Below, piece after piece: positions 45,339 through 58,954 of a DNA stretch of 64,000 nucleotides. How positions within the stretch are numbered: position 1 is the stretch's first letter; each line of letters begins with the position of its first letter. Source of the DNA: Anaeramoeba ignava BMAN (Eukaryota; Protista; Anaeramoebae). The translations under genes and the position numbers were made by a program. The notes below the pieces were generated by a model. It was not told where the DNA came from. It saw only the letters and a list, made by a program, of their open reading frames with translations, and did not search any database. The stretch is from the NCBI GenBank assembly GCA_028826165.1, contig JAPDFW010000070.1, positions 1,587,859-1,651,858 on the forward strand. The letters run 5' to 3'.

Positions 45339-47024
45339 ATGAATGAAATTATATTCTTTGGTTTAAATCAATATCCAATTATTTTCAAAAATGAATCAAA
45401 TAAAATAATAAAACCAATTCAATTTAAATTTGAAAATGAAAATGAAAATGAAAATGAAAAACAAATTAAACAAATTTCAACAGGTTATTTTGGAACAATT
45501 TTCCTTTTTAAAAATGGAAAAGCAATAGAATATTCAAATGAAAATGATTCAAATCAAAATCCTGAAAAAATCCAAATTGAAAATATTCAAAAAGTAACTG
45601 CTGGTGAACAAAATGAAGCTATTTTAACATTAGAAGGAAATGTATTTGCAAAAGGAAATAAGATTAATTCAAATAATTCATATAAATTTATCAATATTTC
45701 ATCATTAATTGAAGATCCAAATGATAGAATAATTCAAGATATTGTTTCTGGAAATGGTTCAATTTACTTATTAACTTCAAATCAAAATGCTTATGGAATT
45801 GGTTTAAATCAATATGGTCAACTTGGTTTTGATTCTAAAATAATTTATCAAACACAAAAACCAATTTTAATGATGAAAAATGTTTCTAAAATATTTTCAG
45901 GAAATACTTCATTTCATGTTTTTCTTTTAAGTTCAAATCAAGAATTATTTGGATGCGGTTGGAATGAATATAATCAACTTGGATTAGGAGAATCAATAAA
46001 AGAAACAAAAATCCAAAAATTAACCAAAATCCAAAATATTCCAAAAGGCAAAATAATTGATATTCAAAGTGGATATTTTCATTCAATAATGTTGATTGAA
46101 AATGAAAATCCAAAAAGAAAACTTTATTCATGTGGATACTGAAATCAAATCATCTTTATTTGAAAATGATGATAATATTCTTGATTTTTCTGTTGGAAAT
46201 GCTCATACTTTGATTTTAACTCAATTCAAAATTAATAGGATTTGGAACTGGAGATACAAATGATCAATTAATTCCAATTCAAATTGAACTTCCTAAATTA
46301 AGATTTAATGAAAATATTTCTAATTATCATATTTCTTGTGGATATCAAAATTCATTTCTTTATTATTCTCCTCCTTCTTTTTCCAATCTTGAAGAAGATT
46401 TGATAAAATTATTTGAAAGAAAAGAATTTTGTGATATTTCATTTAAAACCAAAAATGGAGAAATAATTGAAGCTCATAAATTAATATTGAAATATAGATT
46501 AAATCAAAATCAAAATCAAATTGAAAAACTTCAAGAAATTATTTCAAAAATCAATTAAAGAATCAAATCAAATATTTGAAATGATTTATTCAAACAGAAT
46601 AATAAATCCAAAATTATATTCTGAAATTAAAGAAATTATAAATTCAAATGAAAAAATTGAAGAAACAATGAAAAGAATTTATTTAAATGAAAATGAAAAT
46701 GAAAAAGATTTTATTATTGAAAGAAAAGAAAAACAATATAAATTTCCAAAATTAATATTAATAATGAGAAGTGAATTATATCGAGGAATGTTTTTATCTG
46801 TAACAGAAGATAAATCAAATAAAGTTACAGATTATAGTGAATTAAGTAATAAATCATTTCAAATATTTGAATATTGGATTTATTCAAATCAAATTAAAGA
46901 TGAAATTGAAATTACACAAGAAATAATTAATGAAATTCAAATTGGAATTGATTATTTTCAATTAAATCAAACAAATCCAAATTTATTTGATTTATTAATT
47001 AACAAATTTAATAATCAAAATTAA
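45339..47024 (+). pseudogene. RCC1-repeat + BTB protein, disrupted by internal deletions and frameshifts
   Basis: Paralogue of 53527-55322. Lacks ~47 nt at ~46136 (giving an early TGA) and ~24 nt at ~46245, with further small indels. Confidence 0.75.
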
Positions 47025-47565
47025 AATCAAAATTAAAATTAAAATTAAAATTAAAATTAAAATTAAAATCAAAATTAAAATTAAAATCAAAATTAAAATT
47101 AAAATTAAAATCAAAATTAAAAATCAAAATTAAAATTAAAATTAAAATCAAAATTAAAATTAAAATTAAAATCAAAATTAAAATTAAAATCAAAATTAAA
47201 AATCAAAATTAAAATTAAAATTAAAATCAAAATTAAAATTAAAATTAAAATCAAAATCAAAATTAAAATTAAAATTAAAATTAAAATCAAAATTAAAATC
47301 AAAATTAAAATTAAAATTAAAATTAAAATCAAAATTAAAATTAAAATTAAAATCAAAATCAAAATTAAAATTAAAATCAAAATTAAAATTAAAATTAAAA
47401 TTAAAATTAAAATTAAAATTAAAATTAAAATCAAAATCAAAATTAAAATTAAAATTAAAATTAAAATTAAAATTAAAATTAAAATTAAAATCAAAATTAA
47501 AATCAAAATTAAAATTGAAATCAAAATTAAAATTAAAATTAAAATCAAAATTAAAATTAAAATTA
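47012..47565 (+). repeat. (AAAATT/AAAATC)n hexamer array following RCC1-BTB copy 1
   Basis: Visible tandem hexamers. Confidence 0.95.
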
Positions 47566-47602
47566 TTCCCTTTTATTTGGTCTTCTTTCTTGATTTGTTC
47601 TT

Positions 47603-49300
47603 TCATTTTAAAAATAATGAATTTCCATAAACAGATCTTTGAAATGGATTATCAAATTGATTTTGTTGAAATTTCCAAATCTTTTTAATCATTTCAGATC
47701 TAATTCTTAAATGATCATATTTTTCAGGAAAAATAATTTTTTTGTTTGTGAAATCCAAAGCATTTGAAACAACCAATTTAGCAAAAAAACACATAAAAAC
47801 AATTGAATCATTTTGAGGAATTTTTAAATCAAAACTTTCATTTTCATCATAATCATCATAATCATTAATTAGATCATCAATTTTTTGATCTTCAGATTCT
47901 TGAGTTGGAACAAGTATATTTTCTCTTTCCAAATCAACTCGAGTTTTCCAATCCCAAATTCCACCACTTTTGAAAGTGTTTTTGGAATATAAATTTGCAA
48001 TGCTTGATAATAATTTATAAACATTATGCAGAGATCTTAAGTCCTCATGATTTGGCAATGAATCGATATTGAAAAATATTCTGTTTCTTATATCAACAAC
48101 AGACAAAGAAAAATGTGAGGTTTCTTGATCAAAAATTGGGAAAATCAATTTTTCAAAATTTAGTAAACCTTTTTGAATCGGAATCAATTTTTTGATTTCC
48201 TGTTTTTTTAATGATTCAAAACTTTTTAAACGAGGATAAAAATTAAGATCAAAAATCCGACAATTTGGATAGTTTTGTTGAAGAATCTTCAAAAAAATGG
48301 AAGCAATTTCCCAAATCAAATGCTTTTTATCGAAAAAATTAATCAATTGAATTCTTGTGATTTGCAATCCAAAAAGATCAATAACAATTTCATCTGGAAT
48401 TCCATCATACAAAATAGAAATGACAAAATCCGCCAATTTTTTCATTTTCAAACTTTCCAAATCCTTTTGGTTTTGATTTTGGTATTTTGATTGAATATTT
48501 TTAAATATTTTGGAAAATTCTTGTTCATCTTGAGTATTTGAATTTCCAAACAAATTTCCAAAATTATTATTATCATTATCATTATCATTACTATAATCCT
48601 CTTTTGTTAAATCTATTGTTGAATTTTGTGGTATTTTTTTTATTGATTGATTTTGAATTGATTTGAATTGAGTATTAAGGAGTTCAAGTCTTTTTTTCTG
48701 ATTTTCTATTAATGAGGATATTTTTTGATCATCGAGAGAGTTATATTCTGTCGTGGATGTTTGATCTGAAGTTGTATTTATTTCTTGACTACTATCATTT
48801 TGATTCTCACTATCTGAATTTTGTGATAAATTATTTTCATTTTGAGAAATGGAAGAAATGGAAATTTTTTGGAAACTATTTTTTGCAATTTTCAGAAAAA
48901 GGAATATTTTTTTTCAATCTTTAATTTTATTGTGAATTTGATTTAGAAAATGATATACTTTCTAATATCAATAGTATCAAGTGGAATATATCCTTCTTGA
49001 CAAGAATTTTCTTTTGAATGAATTATATATTTTCCAAAAACCCAATTAATTTCATTTATTTTTTCATAAAGAATTTTATTTGAACTGAAACATTTCAAGT
49101 AAATTTTTTTATTTTTTAAAGGATAAATTGTTTTCAAGTTTGGGACTTTTAAATGTCTTTTTAAATCTGTTTTTGAGCATTGGAACTCTTTCCATAAAAT
49201 CTATATAAATTTTTATTATTTTTATTATTTTTATTATTTTTATTATTTTGATTTTTGTTTTTACGTTTTGATTAAAATTTTCTAAAATTGGAAAATCCAT
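47603..49300 (-). CDS. Ulp1/SENP (peptidase C48)-like protein, probably catalytically dead; 3 exons, probable homopolymer frameshift at ~48910
   Basis: CRIFDLNFYPRL, KLIFPIF..SHFSLSVVD....IFFNIDSL, and QNDSIVFMC in place of Q.N..DCGVF; SIM-like TIDLT upstream. Confidence 0.7.
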
Positions 49301-49364
49301 TTTTTTATAAGAAAATATGAAAAAAAAAATGAAAAATAAAAAAATGAAAAAAAAAAAACATTTT

Positions 49365-52300
49365 TTATTTGGAATTCAAATAATTTTTCTTAAGAAAATG
49401 AAGTAAATATTCAATATCTTCATAAGTTGAGAAATAACCAAGTGAAACACGAACAACACCAAAAGGTTTTCCATTAATAAAATCAATATTATCACTACAA
49501 CTTTTTTTGGAGTCAGCCATTTCCATAATTTCTTCTGAAGTTATTCCTAATGCTTCATTACATCCACCCTATTTATTTATATTAAATATTTTATTTTAAA
49601 TATTTTGAATATTTTGAATATTTTATATTTTTTGAATATTTTATATATTTTGTATATTTTATATTTTATATTGAATATTTTGAATTGAATATTTTGAATA
49701 TTTTATATATATTGGATTTTTTATATATTTTATATATTTTATATATTTTATATTGAATATTTTATATATTTTATATATTTTGGATATTTATTTTGTATAT
49801 TTTATATTGAATATTTTGTATATTTTATATATTTTATTTTGTATATTTTATATTTTTTGAATTGAATATTTTGTATATTTTATTTAAATATTTTGAATAT
49901 TATATATATATTTTATATTTTTATATTATTTTATTTATATTGTATATTTTATATATTTTTTTATATTTTTATATATTTTTTGAATATTTTGGACATTTTG
50001 TATATTTTATATTTTGGATATTTTTGTATATTTTTATATTTTTTATATTTTATATTTTATATTTTATTTATCTTTATATTTTTATATATATATTTTATAT
50101 ATTTTGTATATTTTTATATATTATATATTTTGGATATTGGATATTTTATTTTGAATATTTTGGATGTTATTTTTATATTATATTTTTATATATTTTTATA
50201 TATTTTTTATTTTATTTATATTTTATATTAAATATTTTTGAATATTTTTTATATATATTGGATGTTTTTTATATATTTTATATATTTTTTTTATATTTTT
50301 TTTATTTTTTATATTTTTATATTTTGGATATTTTATATATTTTGTATATTTTATATATTTTAAATATTTTAGATATTTTGTATTTTATACTTTTTAAATA
50401 TTTTATATATTTTGGATATTTTATATATATTGGATATTTTATATATTTTATATTAAATATTTTGAATATTTTGGATATTTTGTATATTTTATATATTTTA
50501 TATATTTTTATATATTTTTGAATATTTTTGGATATTTTTTTTTTATATTATATTTTATATATTTTTATATATTTTTATATATTGAATATTTTATTTTATT
50601 ATATATATTTTGGTATTTTTTTTATATAAATTTTGAATATTTTTATATATTTGATATATTGGATTTTTATATTTTTTTATATTTTTTATATATTTTATAT
50701 TTTATATATTTTTATATATTTTATATATTTTATATTTTATATATTTTAAATATTTTTGTATATTTTTTGGATATTTTATATTTTTGAATATTTTTATATT
50801 TTTTTATTTTATATTTTTTTTTGGATATTATATTTTATATTTTATATATATTTGGATATTTTTATATATTTTATATATTTTATATATTTTATATATTTTA
50901 TATATTTTATATATTTTATATATTTTTATATATTTTATATATTTTATATATTTTATATATTTTTATATATTTTAAATTTATATTAAATATTTTTGAATAT
51001 TTTTGAATATTTTGAATATTTTGAATATTTTATATTTTATATTAAATATTTTGAATATTTTGGATTTTTTTTTTATATATATTGGATATTTTTATATATT
51101 TTTATATATTTTTATATTTTGGATATTTTGTATATTTTTATATTTTAGTTATTTTTATATTTTTGTATATTTTATATATATTGGATATTTTTGTATATTT
51201 TGAGATTGAATATTTTGAATTGAATATTTTGTATTTTATATATTTTATATATTTTATATAGTTGAATATTTTATATATTTTTATATATTTTATATATTTT
51301 ATATATTTTATATTTTATATTTTTATATTTTTATATATTGGATATTTTATATATTTTATATATATTGGATATTTTATATATTTTATATATTTTAAATATT
51401 TTATTTATATTAAATATTTTGAATATTTTATATATTTTGGATTTTTTATTTTATATATTTTATATTGAATATTTTATATATTTTGAATATTTTATATATT
51501 TTATATATTTTGTATATTTTGGATATTTTATATATTTTATATATTTTATATATTTTATATATTTTATATATTTTATATATATTTTGGATATTTTATATAT
51601 TTTGTATATTTTTTATATGGATATTTTATATATATTGGATATTTTTATATATTTTATATATTTTATATATATTTTATTTTATATTATATTTTTATATATT
51701 TTTACAGGATTGCAATGACATCCTGTTCTTAAATGTATTCCCTCTTTTGCTGAATCTGTTTGTACTTGATAATATCCTATATATTCCCCTAAAGAATTTT
51801 TCAAATTAAATGAAATAATTCCACCTTGTTTACCAGGATCATTCAACTCATGATTTCCATAAATTTCAACAAGTGGTTTATTATTATCATGCTTTAAATT
51901 TTTAAGATTTTGAAATAAATATCGGGTCAAAGACCAAACATGATGATTGATATTATTTATTCCAAATGAACTAAGCATTTCCAATCCATATTTCAAAGAA
52001 ATTATACTAAGAAAATTGATTGTTCCATCTTCAAATTTAGATGATGGTTTTGGATTATAAATACAAAAATTATAATCACAGCACGACAAAATAACTGTTC
52101 CTCCTCCAAAAAAATGTTTTTTCATAACAGAAGTTACTTCATTTCTCACTATCAATGCTCCTATCCCTGTAGGAAATCCAAACATTTTATAAAATGAAAT
52201 GGTAACAAAATCTGCTGGATATTTTGAAAGATCCAATTCGTTTGTTGGAACAAATGCTGCTGCATCAAGCAACACATAGAATTTGTGCTCTTTTGTTGAT

Positions 52301-53166
52301 TGCGAATGAATTTGGTTAATTAAATTCAAATCAAATTTGGATCCATCAAAATTACTTTCAGCTGGATAAGCAATTAAATGAGGAATTCCTTCAATTTCTG
52401 TTTCTTCATTTTCATCCAATTTTGTAAACTGTGTAAATTTTGTAAACTTTGTAAATTTTTCAATATCATCCAAATTTGTGAATTTTTGTTTCTTTTTAAA
52501 TTGTGTAAATTTTTGGTTTTCCTTCATTTGATTGTCTTTAAATGTTTTGTCTATAAAAGATGTTATTTTAAATCTTTTGTCCCACAATTCTTCATCTGGA
52601 ATAACAGCAAATCCGTTTCCATTTTCGATTGAATATCCTCGAATACCAAGAACTGAATTGTGATTAGAACGAGAATAAACAAATTTTGACTCTTCCTTCC
52701 AAGGAAAAGATTCGCCAACTAATTTCAAAGCGCTTGTTGCGCCTGATGTGAAAATGACAGAATATTCCGAAGAATTTGTATGGAAAAAACTGAGGATTTG
52801 CTTTCTAACTTGTTCAATTTCATTTTCTGTTTTTAAAGATGATGGTGATCTTGAATGTGCGTTTGAATACAATGATTTTTGATAATTTTCAAAGCTCTTT
52901 TTTATTAATGATTGTAAATAAACTCCTGCTCCTGTATAATCAAGATATACTTCTCCATTCAAATGGCTTAATTCTTTACTAATTACTGAATCGATTTTTC
53001 TTGTAAATCCATCTTCGAATTCTTTTATATATTTTTCTTTATCTTTTTCATTGAAAATTTGATCTTTTTTTTCTTGCATTTCTGTGTTTATATTTTTATT
53101 GTTGGAATTTTGCTTTAAAACAATGAAATAAATTGAAATGGAAAAAAGAATAAAGAATAAAATCAA
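49365..53166 (-). CDS. Molybdenum cofactor sulfurase-like PLP enzyme (NifS-like domain only); intron 49569-51705; start uncertain
   Basis: VYLDYTGAG, NAHS, FTSGATSALKLVGE.FPW, NHNSVLGIR, LLDAA, SFYKMFGFPTGIGAL, FEDGT and LRTGCHCNP|GGC..GVVRVSLGYFST. Confidence 0.88.
49569..51705 (-). repeat. 2.1-kb intron filled with degenerate ~9-10-mer satellite (plus strand TATATTTT[TA/GA/GG/GT])n
   Basis: Low-complexity tandem array between GTAAAA and ATAG on the minus strand; source of many spurious I/F/Y ORFs. Confidence 0.9.
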
Positions 53167-53526
53167 AAATTTTTTGAAGTTATTTGAATTGCTATTTTGT
53201 TTTGTTTTGTTTTGTTTTTGAAAGGAAATTTAAATCAAAAAAGAAAAAGAAAATTTAAATCTTATTTTAATAAAAATTAGGAAAAAAAATTTGTTTACTT
53301 TCTTCTAACCAACATTTTGAAAAGAAAAAAATGAAAATGAAATAAAAAGAAAAAAAAATTAATAAATAAATTAATAAAAATGTTTGCTGATTCATTTTTT
53401 TCGTTGAGTCCTTGATTATTGAATAAAATCAAAATTAAAATTAAAACTATAATTAAAATTAAAATTAAAATCCAAAATTATTTTTTTCATTTTTTTCATT
53501 TTTTTCTTTTTTTTATTTTTCAAAAA

Positions 53527-55322
53527 ATGAATGATTGTTTATTTTTTGGTGAAAATAATCTTGGTTGTTTTAAAAATAAACCAAATAAAATAACAAAACC
53601 AATTCCAATTCCAATTCAATTTGAAAATGAAAATGAAAATGAAAATGAAAATGAAAACGAAAAACAAATTAAACAAATTTCATCAAGTTTTTTTTCAACA
53701 ATTTTCCTTTTTAAAAATGGAAAAGCAATAGAATATTTAAATGAAAAATATTCAAAACAAAAACCTCAAAAAATCCAAATTGAAGAAAATATTCAAAAAG
53801 TAAAAACCAATTTTGATAATATAGCTATTTTAACAATAGAAGGAAATGTATTTGCCAAAGGAGAAGATATTAATCCAAAAAATCCATATAAATTTATCAA
53901 TATTTCATCATTAATTGAAGATACAAATGATAGAATAATTGAAGATATTGTTTCTGGATATCAAACAATTTATTTATTAACTTCAAATCAAAATGCTTAT
54001 GGAATTGGTTCAAATTATTATTCTCAACTTGGTTTTGATTCTAAAACACTTCCAAAAACAGAAAAACCAATTTTAATGATGAAAAATGTTTCTAAAATAT
54101 TTTCAGGAATTTGCTCAAATCATGTTTTTCTTTTAAATTCAAATCAAGAATTATTTGGATGTGGTGATAATCAAAATGGTCAAGTTGGGTTAGGAGAATC
54201 AAGAAAGAAACAAAAATCCAAAAATTAACCAAAATCCAAAATATTCCAAAAGGAAAAATAATTGATATTCAATGTGGGAATGCTCATTCAATAATGTTGA
54301 TTGAAAATGAAAATGAAGATGAAAATCAAAATCCAAAAAGAAAACTTTATTCATGTGGAAGCTATCGATATAATGGACTTGGCAAAGGTGAAATTACTTA
54401 TGAATTTACTGAAATCAAATCATCTTTATTTGAAAATAATAATATTGTTGGTTTTTCTGTTGGAAATGCTCATACTTTGATTTTAACTTCCAAAGGGAAA
54501 GTGATTGTTTTTGGATCTAACTATTATGGTGAATTAGGAACTGGAGATACAATAAATCAATTAATTCCAATTCAAATTAAACTTCCTAAATTAAGATTTA
54601 ATGAAAATATTTCCAATTATCATATTTCTTGTGGATATTGGAATAATTCATTTCTTTATTATTCTCCTCCTTCTTTTTCCAATCTTGAAGAAGATTTGAT
54701 AAAACTATTTAGAAGAAAAGAATTTTGTGATATTTCATTTAAAACCGAAAATGGAGAAATAATTGAAGCTCATAAATTAATATTGAAATATAGATTAAAT
54801 CAAAATCAAAATCAAATTGAAAAACTTCAAGAAATTATTTCAAAAAAATCAATTAAAGAATCAAATCAAATATTTGAAATGATTTATTCAAACAGAATAA
54901 TAAATCCAAAATTATATTCTGAAATTAAAGAAATTATAAATTCAAATGAAAAAATTGAAGAAACAATTAAAAGAATTTATTTAAATGAAAATGAAAATGA
55001 AAAAGATTTTATTATTGAAAGAAAAGAAAAACAATATAAATTTCCAAAATTAATATTAATAATGAGAAGTGAATTATATCGAGGAATGTTTTTATCTGTA
55101 ACAGAAGATACTTCTAATAAAGTTACAGATTATAGTGAATTAAGTAATAAATCATTTCAAATATTTGAATATTGGATTTATTCAAATCAAATTAAAAATG
55201 GAATTCAAATTACACAAGAAATAATTGAAGAAATTCAAAAAGGAATTGATTATTTTCAATTAAATCAAACAAATCCAAATTTATTTGATTTATTAATTAG
55301 GAAATTTAATAATCAAAATTAA
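53527..55322 (+). CDS. RCC1-repeat + BTB protein (1-nt frameshift in the A-run near 54205)
   Basis: RCC1 motifs GIGSNYYSQLG, GCGDNQNGQVG, VGNAHTLILT and FGSNYYGELGTG; BTB motifs CDISF..IEAHKLIL and KLILIMRSELYRGMF. Confidence 0.85.
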
Positions 55323-55730
55323 AATTAAAATTAAAATTAAAATTAAAATTAAAATTAAAATTAAAATTAAAATTAAAATTAAAATCAAAATTAAAATCAA
55401 AATTAAAATTAAAATTAAAATTAAAATTAAAATTAAAATTAAAATTCAAAATTAAAATTAAAATTAATTGGAAAACAAAATTAAAATTAAAATCAAAATT
55501 AAAATTAAAAATCAAAATTAAAATTAAAATCCAAATAAAAATCAAAATTAAAATTAAAATCAAAATTAAAATTAAAAATCAAAATTAAAATCAGAATTAA
55601 AATTAAAATTAAAATCAAAATTAAAATTAAAAATCAAAATTAAAATCAAAAATTAAAATCAAAATTAAAATTAAAATTAAAATTAAAATTAAAATTAAAA
55701 TTAAAATTAAAATTAAAATTAAAATTAATT
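55310..55730 (+). repeat. (AAAATT/AAAATC)n hexamer array following RCC1-BTB copy 2
   Basis: Visible tandem hexamers. Confidence 0.95.
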
Positions 55731-55908
55731 GGAAAACAAAATAAGAGAAAATAATAAAAAAGATCAGAAAATGGGGGTCAAAATTCTTTGCGAAAAATTC
55801 AATTTTTTTTCATTTCATTTTTTTTTTTCTTTCTTTTTTTGAGTTTTTTTAATCAAAAAATTTCATTTTGGCTTTTTTTTTTTGCTTTTTATTTTTTCAA
55901 TTTTAAAA

Positions 55909-57747
55909 ATGTTTTCAACACTTAATCACATTCATGTAAATGAATTAAAAAACACATTTGAAAAATTAAAAAAAAATGAAAGGAGTTCAATTAAAAAAGT
56001 AAACCTTTCTTTTGATTGGTTAACAAAAGGAAAAAAACAATTTAATGCAAGTAAAATAATTTTCTTTTATTTTTCTTTTACAATTTTTTTTTTTTGATTA
56101 AAAATTATTTAATCTCTTTTTTTTTTAGCACTTTTTTATGAAGAAGGATCACAAAATCTATTTGTTGATAATCCAAAAGTAACTGGAGGAAATGGAAAAG
56201 CACCAACTCCTTTAGATATTTGCAATTTCTCGTAAATTTTTAGAAAATTCAAATCAAAATAAAAATCAAAATTAAAATTAAAATTAAAATCAAAATCAAA
56301 ATCAAATTCAAAATCAAAATTTAAATTAAAATCAAAATTAAAATAAAAATCAAAATCAAAATCAAAATCAAAATAAAAATCAAAATCAAAATCAAAATCA
56401 AAATCAAAATCAAATTCAAATTCAAAATCAAAATAAAAATTAAAATTAAAATTAAAATCAAAATTTAAATCAAAATCAAAATCAAAATCAAAATAAAAAT
56501 CAAAATCAAAATCAAAATTAAAATCAAAATTAAAATCAAAATCAAAATCAAAATCAAAATTAAAATCAAAATCAAAATCAAAATTAAAATCAAAATTAAA
56601 ATTATTAAAATCAAAATCAAAATCAAAATCAAAATCAAAATCAAAATCAAAATCAAAATCAAAATTAAAATTAATATTTTCATTTTATTTTTCTTTGTTA
56701 GTTTTGCAGCAATGTTTACTTCGTAAATTTATTTTCAATTTAATTTCAATTTATTTTTAATTTATTTTTAATTTATTTTCAATTTAATTTCAATTTATTT
56801 TTAATTTATTTTCAATTTAATTTCAATTTAATTTCAATTTATTTTCAAAAAAAAAAAAAAAAAGAACTTTTGCAACTTTTTGTAGCTTGAAAGGAATTCC
56901 ACTTAAAAAATTAAAAATTAGATCAACACTCGAAATTGAATTTGCTAAAGTTACTGGTGTTGATATGTCTAAACCTCCAATAAACTCTTTTTCAATTATT
57001 CTCTCAGTCTTTTCAGATCATAATTCAAAAGAAGAATTACAAGAAATTTTTGAACTAACCAAAAAAAGATCTCCAATTATGTTTATGGCTCAAAATTCAA
57101 TCCCAGTTACAACAAAAGCATCAATCCAAATGAAACCCTCAAAAAAGGAATCAAATTCGAAAAAAATCAATAACATCGATATCGAAGAAATATTGAAAAC
57201 GAGAGAATATTTCAAAAAAAACCCAAGTGATTCAATAATTCCCTGTATTATTGAAGGAGAATGGATTTTTGATAAAAATGAAGGTCCACAATTTTCTGCA
57301 CAAATTGGATATGGAAACGGAAAGAATCTTAAATTGTTTACTGATTCAAGAGTTTTCCTTGGAGGTGAATCAACCTCACCTTTTCCTATTCAGTATTTTC
57401 TTGCAGGAATTAGTTGCTGTTTATTAACTCACTATGCTTATGCTTCTTCTTTAAGAGGTATCCAATTAGATCATCTTTCTATTGAATCACAAATCGATGA
57501 AAATATTACTGCAGAATTTGGACTCAATAAAAAAAGTATTATTCCAGAAATCTCTTTTCATTTTGAAGTTGGAACTGATCAAGGTATTGATGTTGTTAAG
57601 GAAATAACTGAAGATTGTATTTTGAGATGTCCAATCACCTATCTTTTGTTAAACAATTTTAATGTTGATACAGAACTTCTTGTGAATCAATCATTTGCTC
57701 ATACTTTTGAATTTGGAAATTCTGAAAAAAAGTGTTTTTTGATGTGA
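55909..57747 (+). CDS. Tandem OsmC/Ohr-like protein with C-terminal CaaX (CFLM), copy 2; 4 exons including a 21-nt microexon at 56702-56722
   Basis: Paralogue of 25964-27429 with the same intron positions; LAGISCC..LRCPI in domain 2; ends KKCFLM*. Confidence 0.82.
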
Positions 57748-57839
57748 ATTTCTTTGAGACTAATTGATTCTTCTTTTTTTTTTCATTATTTCATTTTGAT
57801 TTTTTTTCTTCATAATTTCAAATAAACCTTTCTTTTTTC

Positions 57840-58901
57840 TTGATTTTAAGATTGATTTATTAATTGATTTTAAGATTGATTGATTGATTGATTTATTGAT
57901 TGATTTTAAGATTGATTAATTGATTGATTAATTTATTAATTAATTGATTGATTTTAAGATTTATTTTAAGATTGATTAATTGATTGATTGATTGATTAAT
58001 TGATTGAATTATTGATTGATTAATTGATTAATTGATTGATTTATTTTAAAATTGATTATTGGTAATTTTGATTGATTTTATTGACAATTAATTTTAAAAT
58101 TAATTATTAGTAATTTATTATTATTTTTGATTAATTTTTAGTATTATTGATTAATTTTATTAATTAATTGATGATTAATTATTAATTAATTGGTGATTTT
58201 TAAAATTGATTTTAATTTTTAATTATTTTAAATTTTTTGAATTTTGATTGATTAATAATTAATTTTTATTAATTGTAATTGGTAATTGATTAATTAGTAA
58301 TTATTGGTAATTTAGTAATTTGTATTAATCAATTATATTGTGGTAATTGGTGGTAATTATTTGTGGTTGGTAATTAGTAATTGGTGGTAATTGCCAATTG
58401 GTGGTGGACAATTGAGCCAATTGGTAATTAGTAATTATTATTATTAATTGGTAACAATTGGTAATTGATTAATTAGTAATGGTAATTGGTGGTAATTATT
58501 AGTAATTGGACAATTAGTAATTGGTAATTGGTAATTGTAATTATTGTATCGCATTTTAAATTTATTTAATTGCCAATTGATTTAAAATTGGTAATTTTAT
58601 TGAAATTACCAATTTTAGGTGATTTTAATTAGTTAGTAGTAATTGGTATTGGTAATTATTATTGCAGTGGTAATTGATTGATGGTGATTGGTAATTGGTA
58701 ATTATTAATTGGTAATTGGTGGTGGTAATTAGTATTTCATCATTAATTGGTGATGGTGGTTTGGTAATTGGTATTTTATTTATTTGGTATTGCATTTACC
58801 AATTTATTGGTAATTATTGATTGGTTATTGATTGATTAATGATTGGTCATTGATTAATTGGATTGATTGGTATTGATTGATTGATTGGATTGATTGATTG
58901 G

Positions 58902-58933
<32 letters not shown>

Positions 58934-58935
58934 TG
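57840..58935. repeat. Degenerate (GATT)n / (GGTAATT)n low-complexity tract
   Basis: GATT arrays at both ends with a scrambled G/T-rich, C-poor centre; no ORF. Confidence 0.8.
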
Positions 58936-58954
58936 AATAAACAAAAAATAAATA

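Noticed and set aside
57840-58935. G/T-rich tract as an interstitial telomere
   Set aside because: No consistent telomeric unit such as TTAGGG; it looks like a degenerate or poorly resolved GATT satellite.
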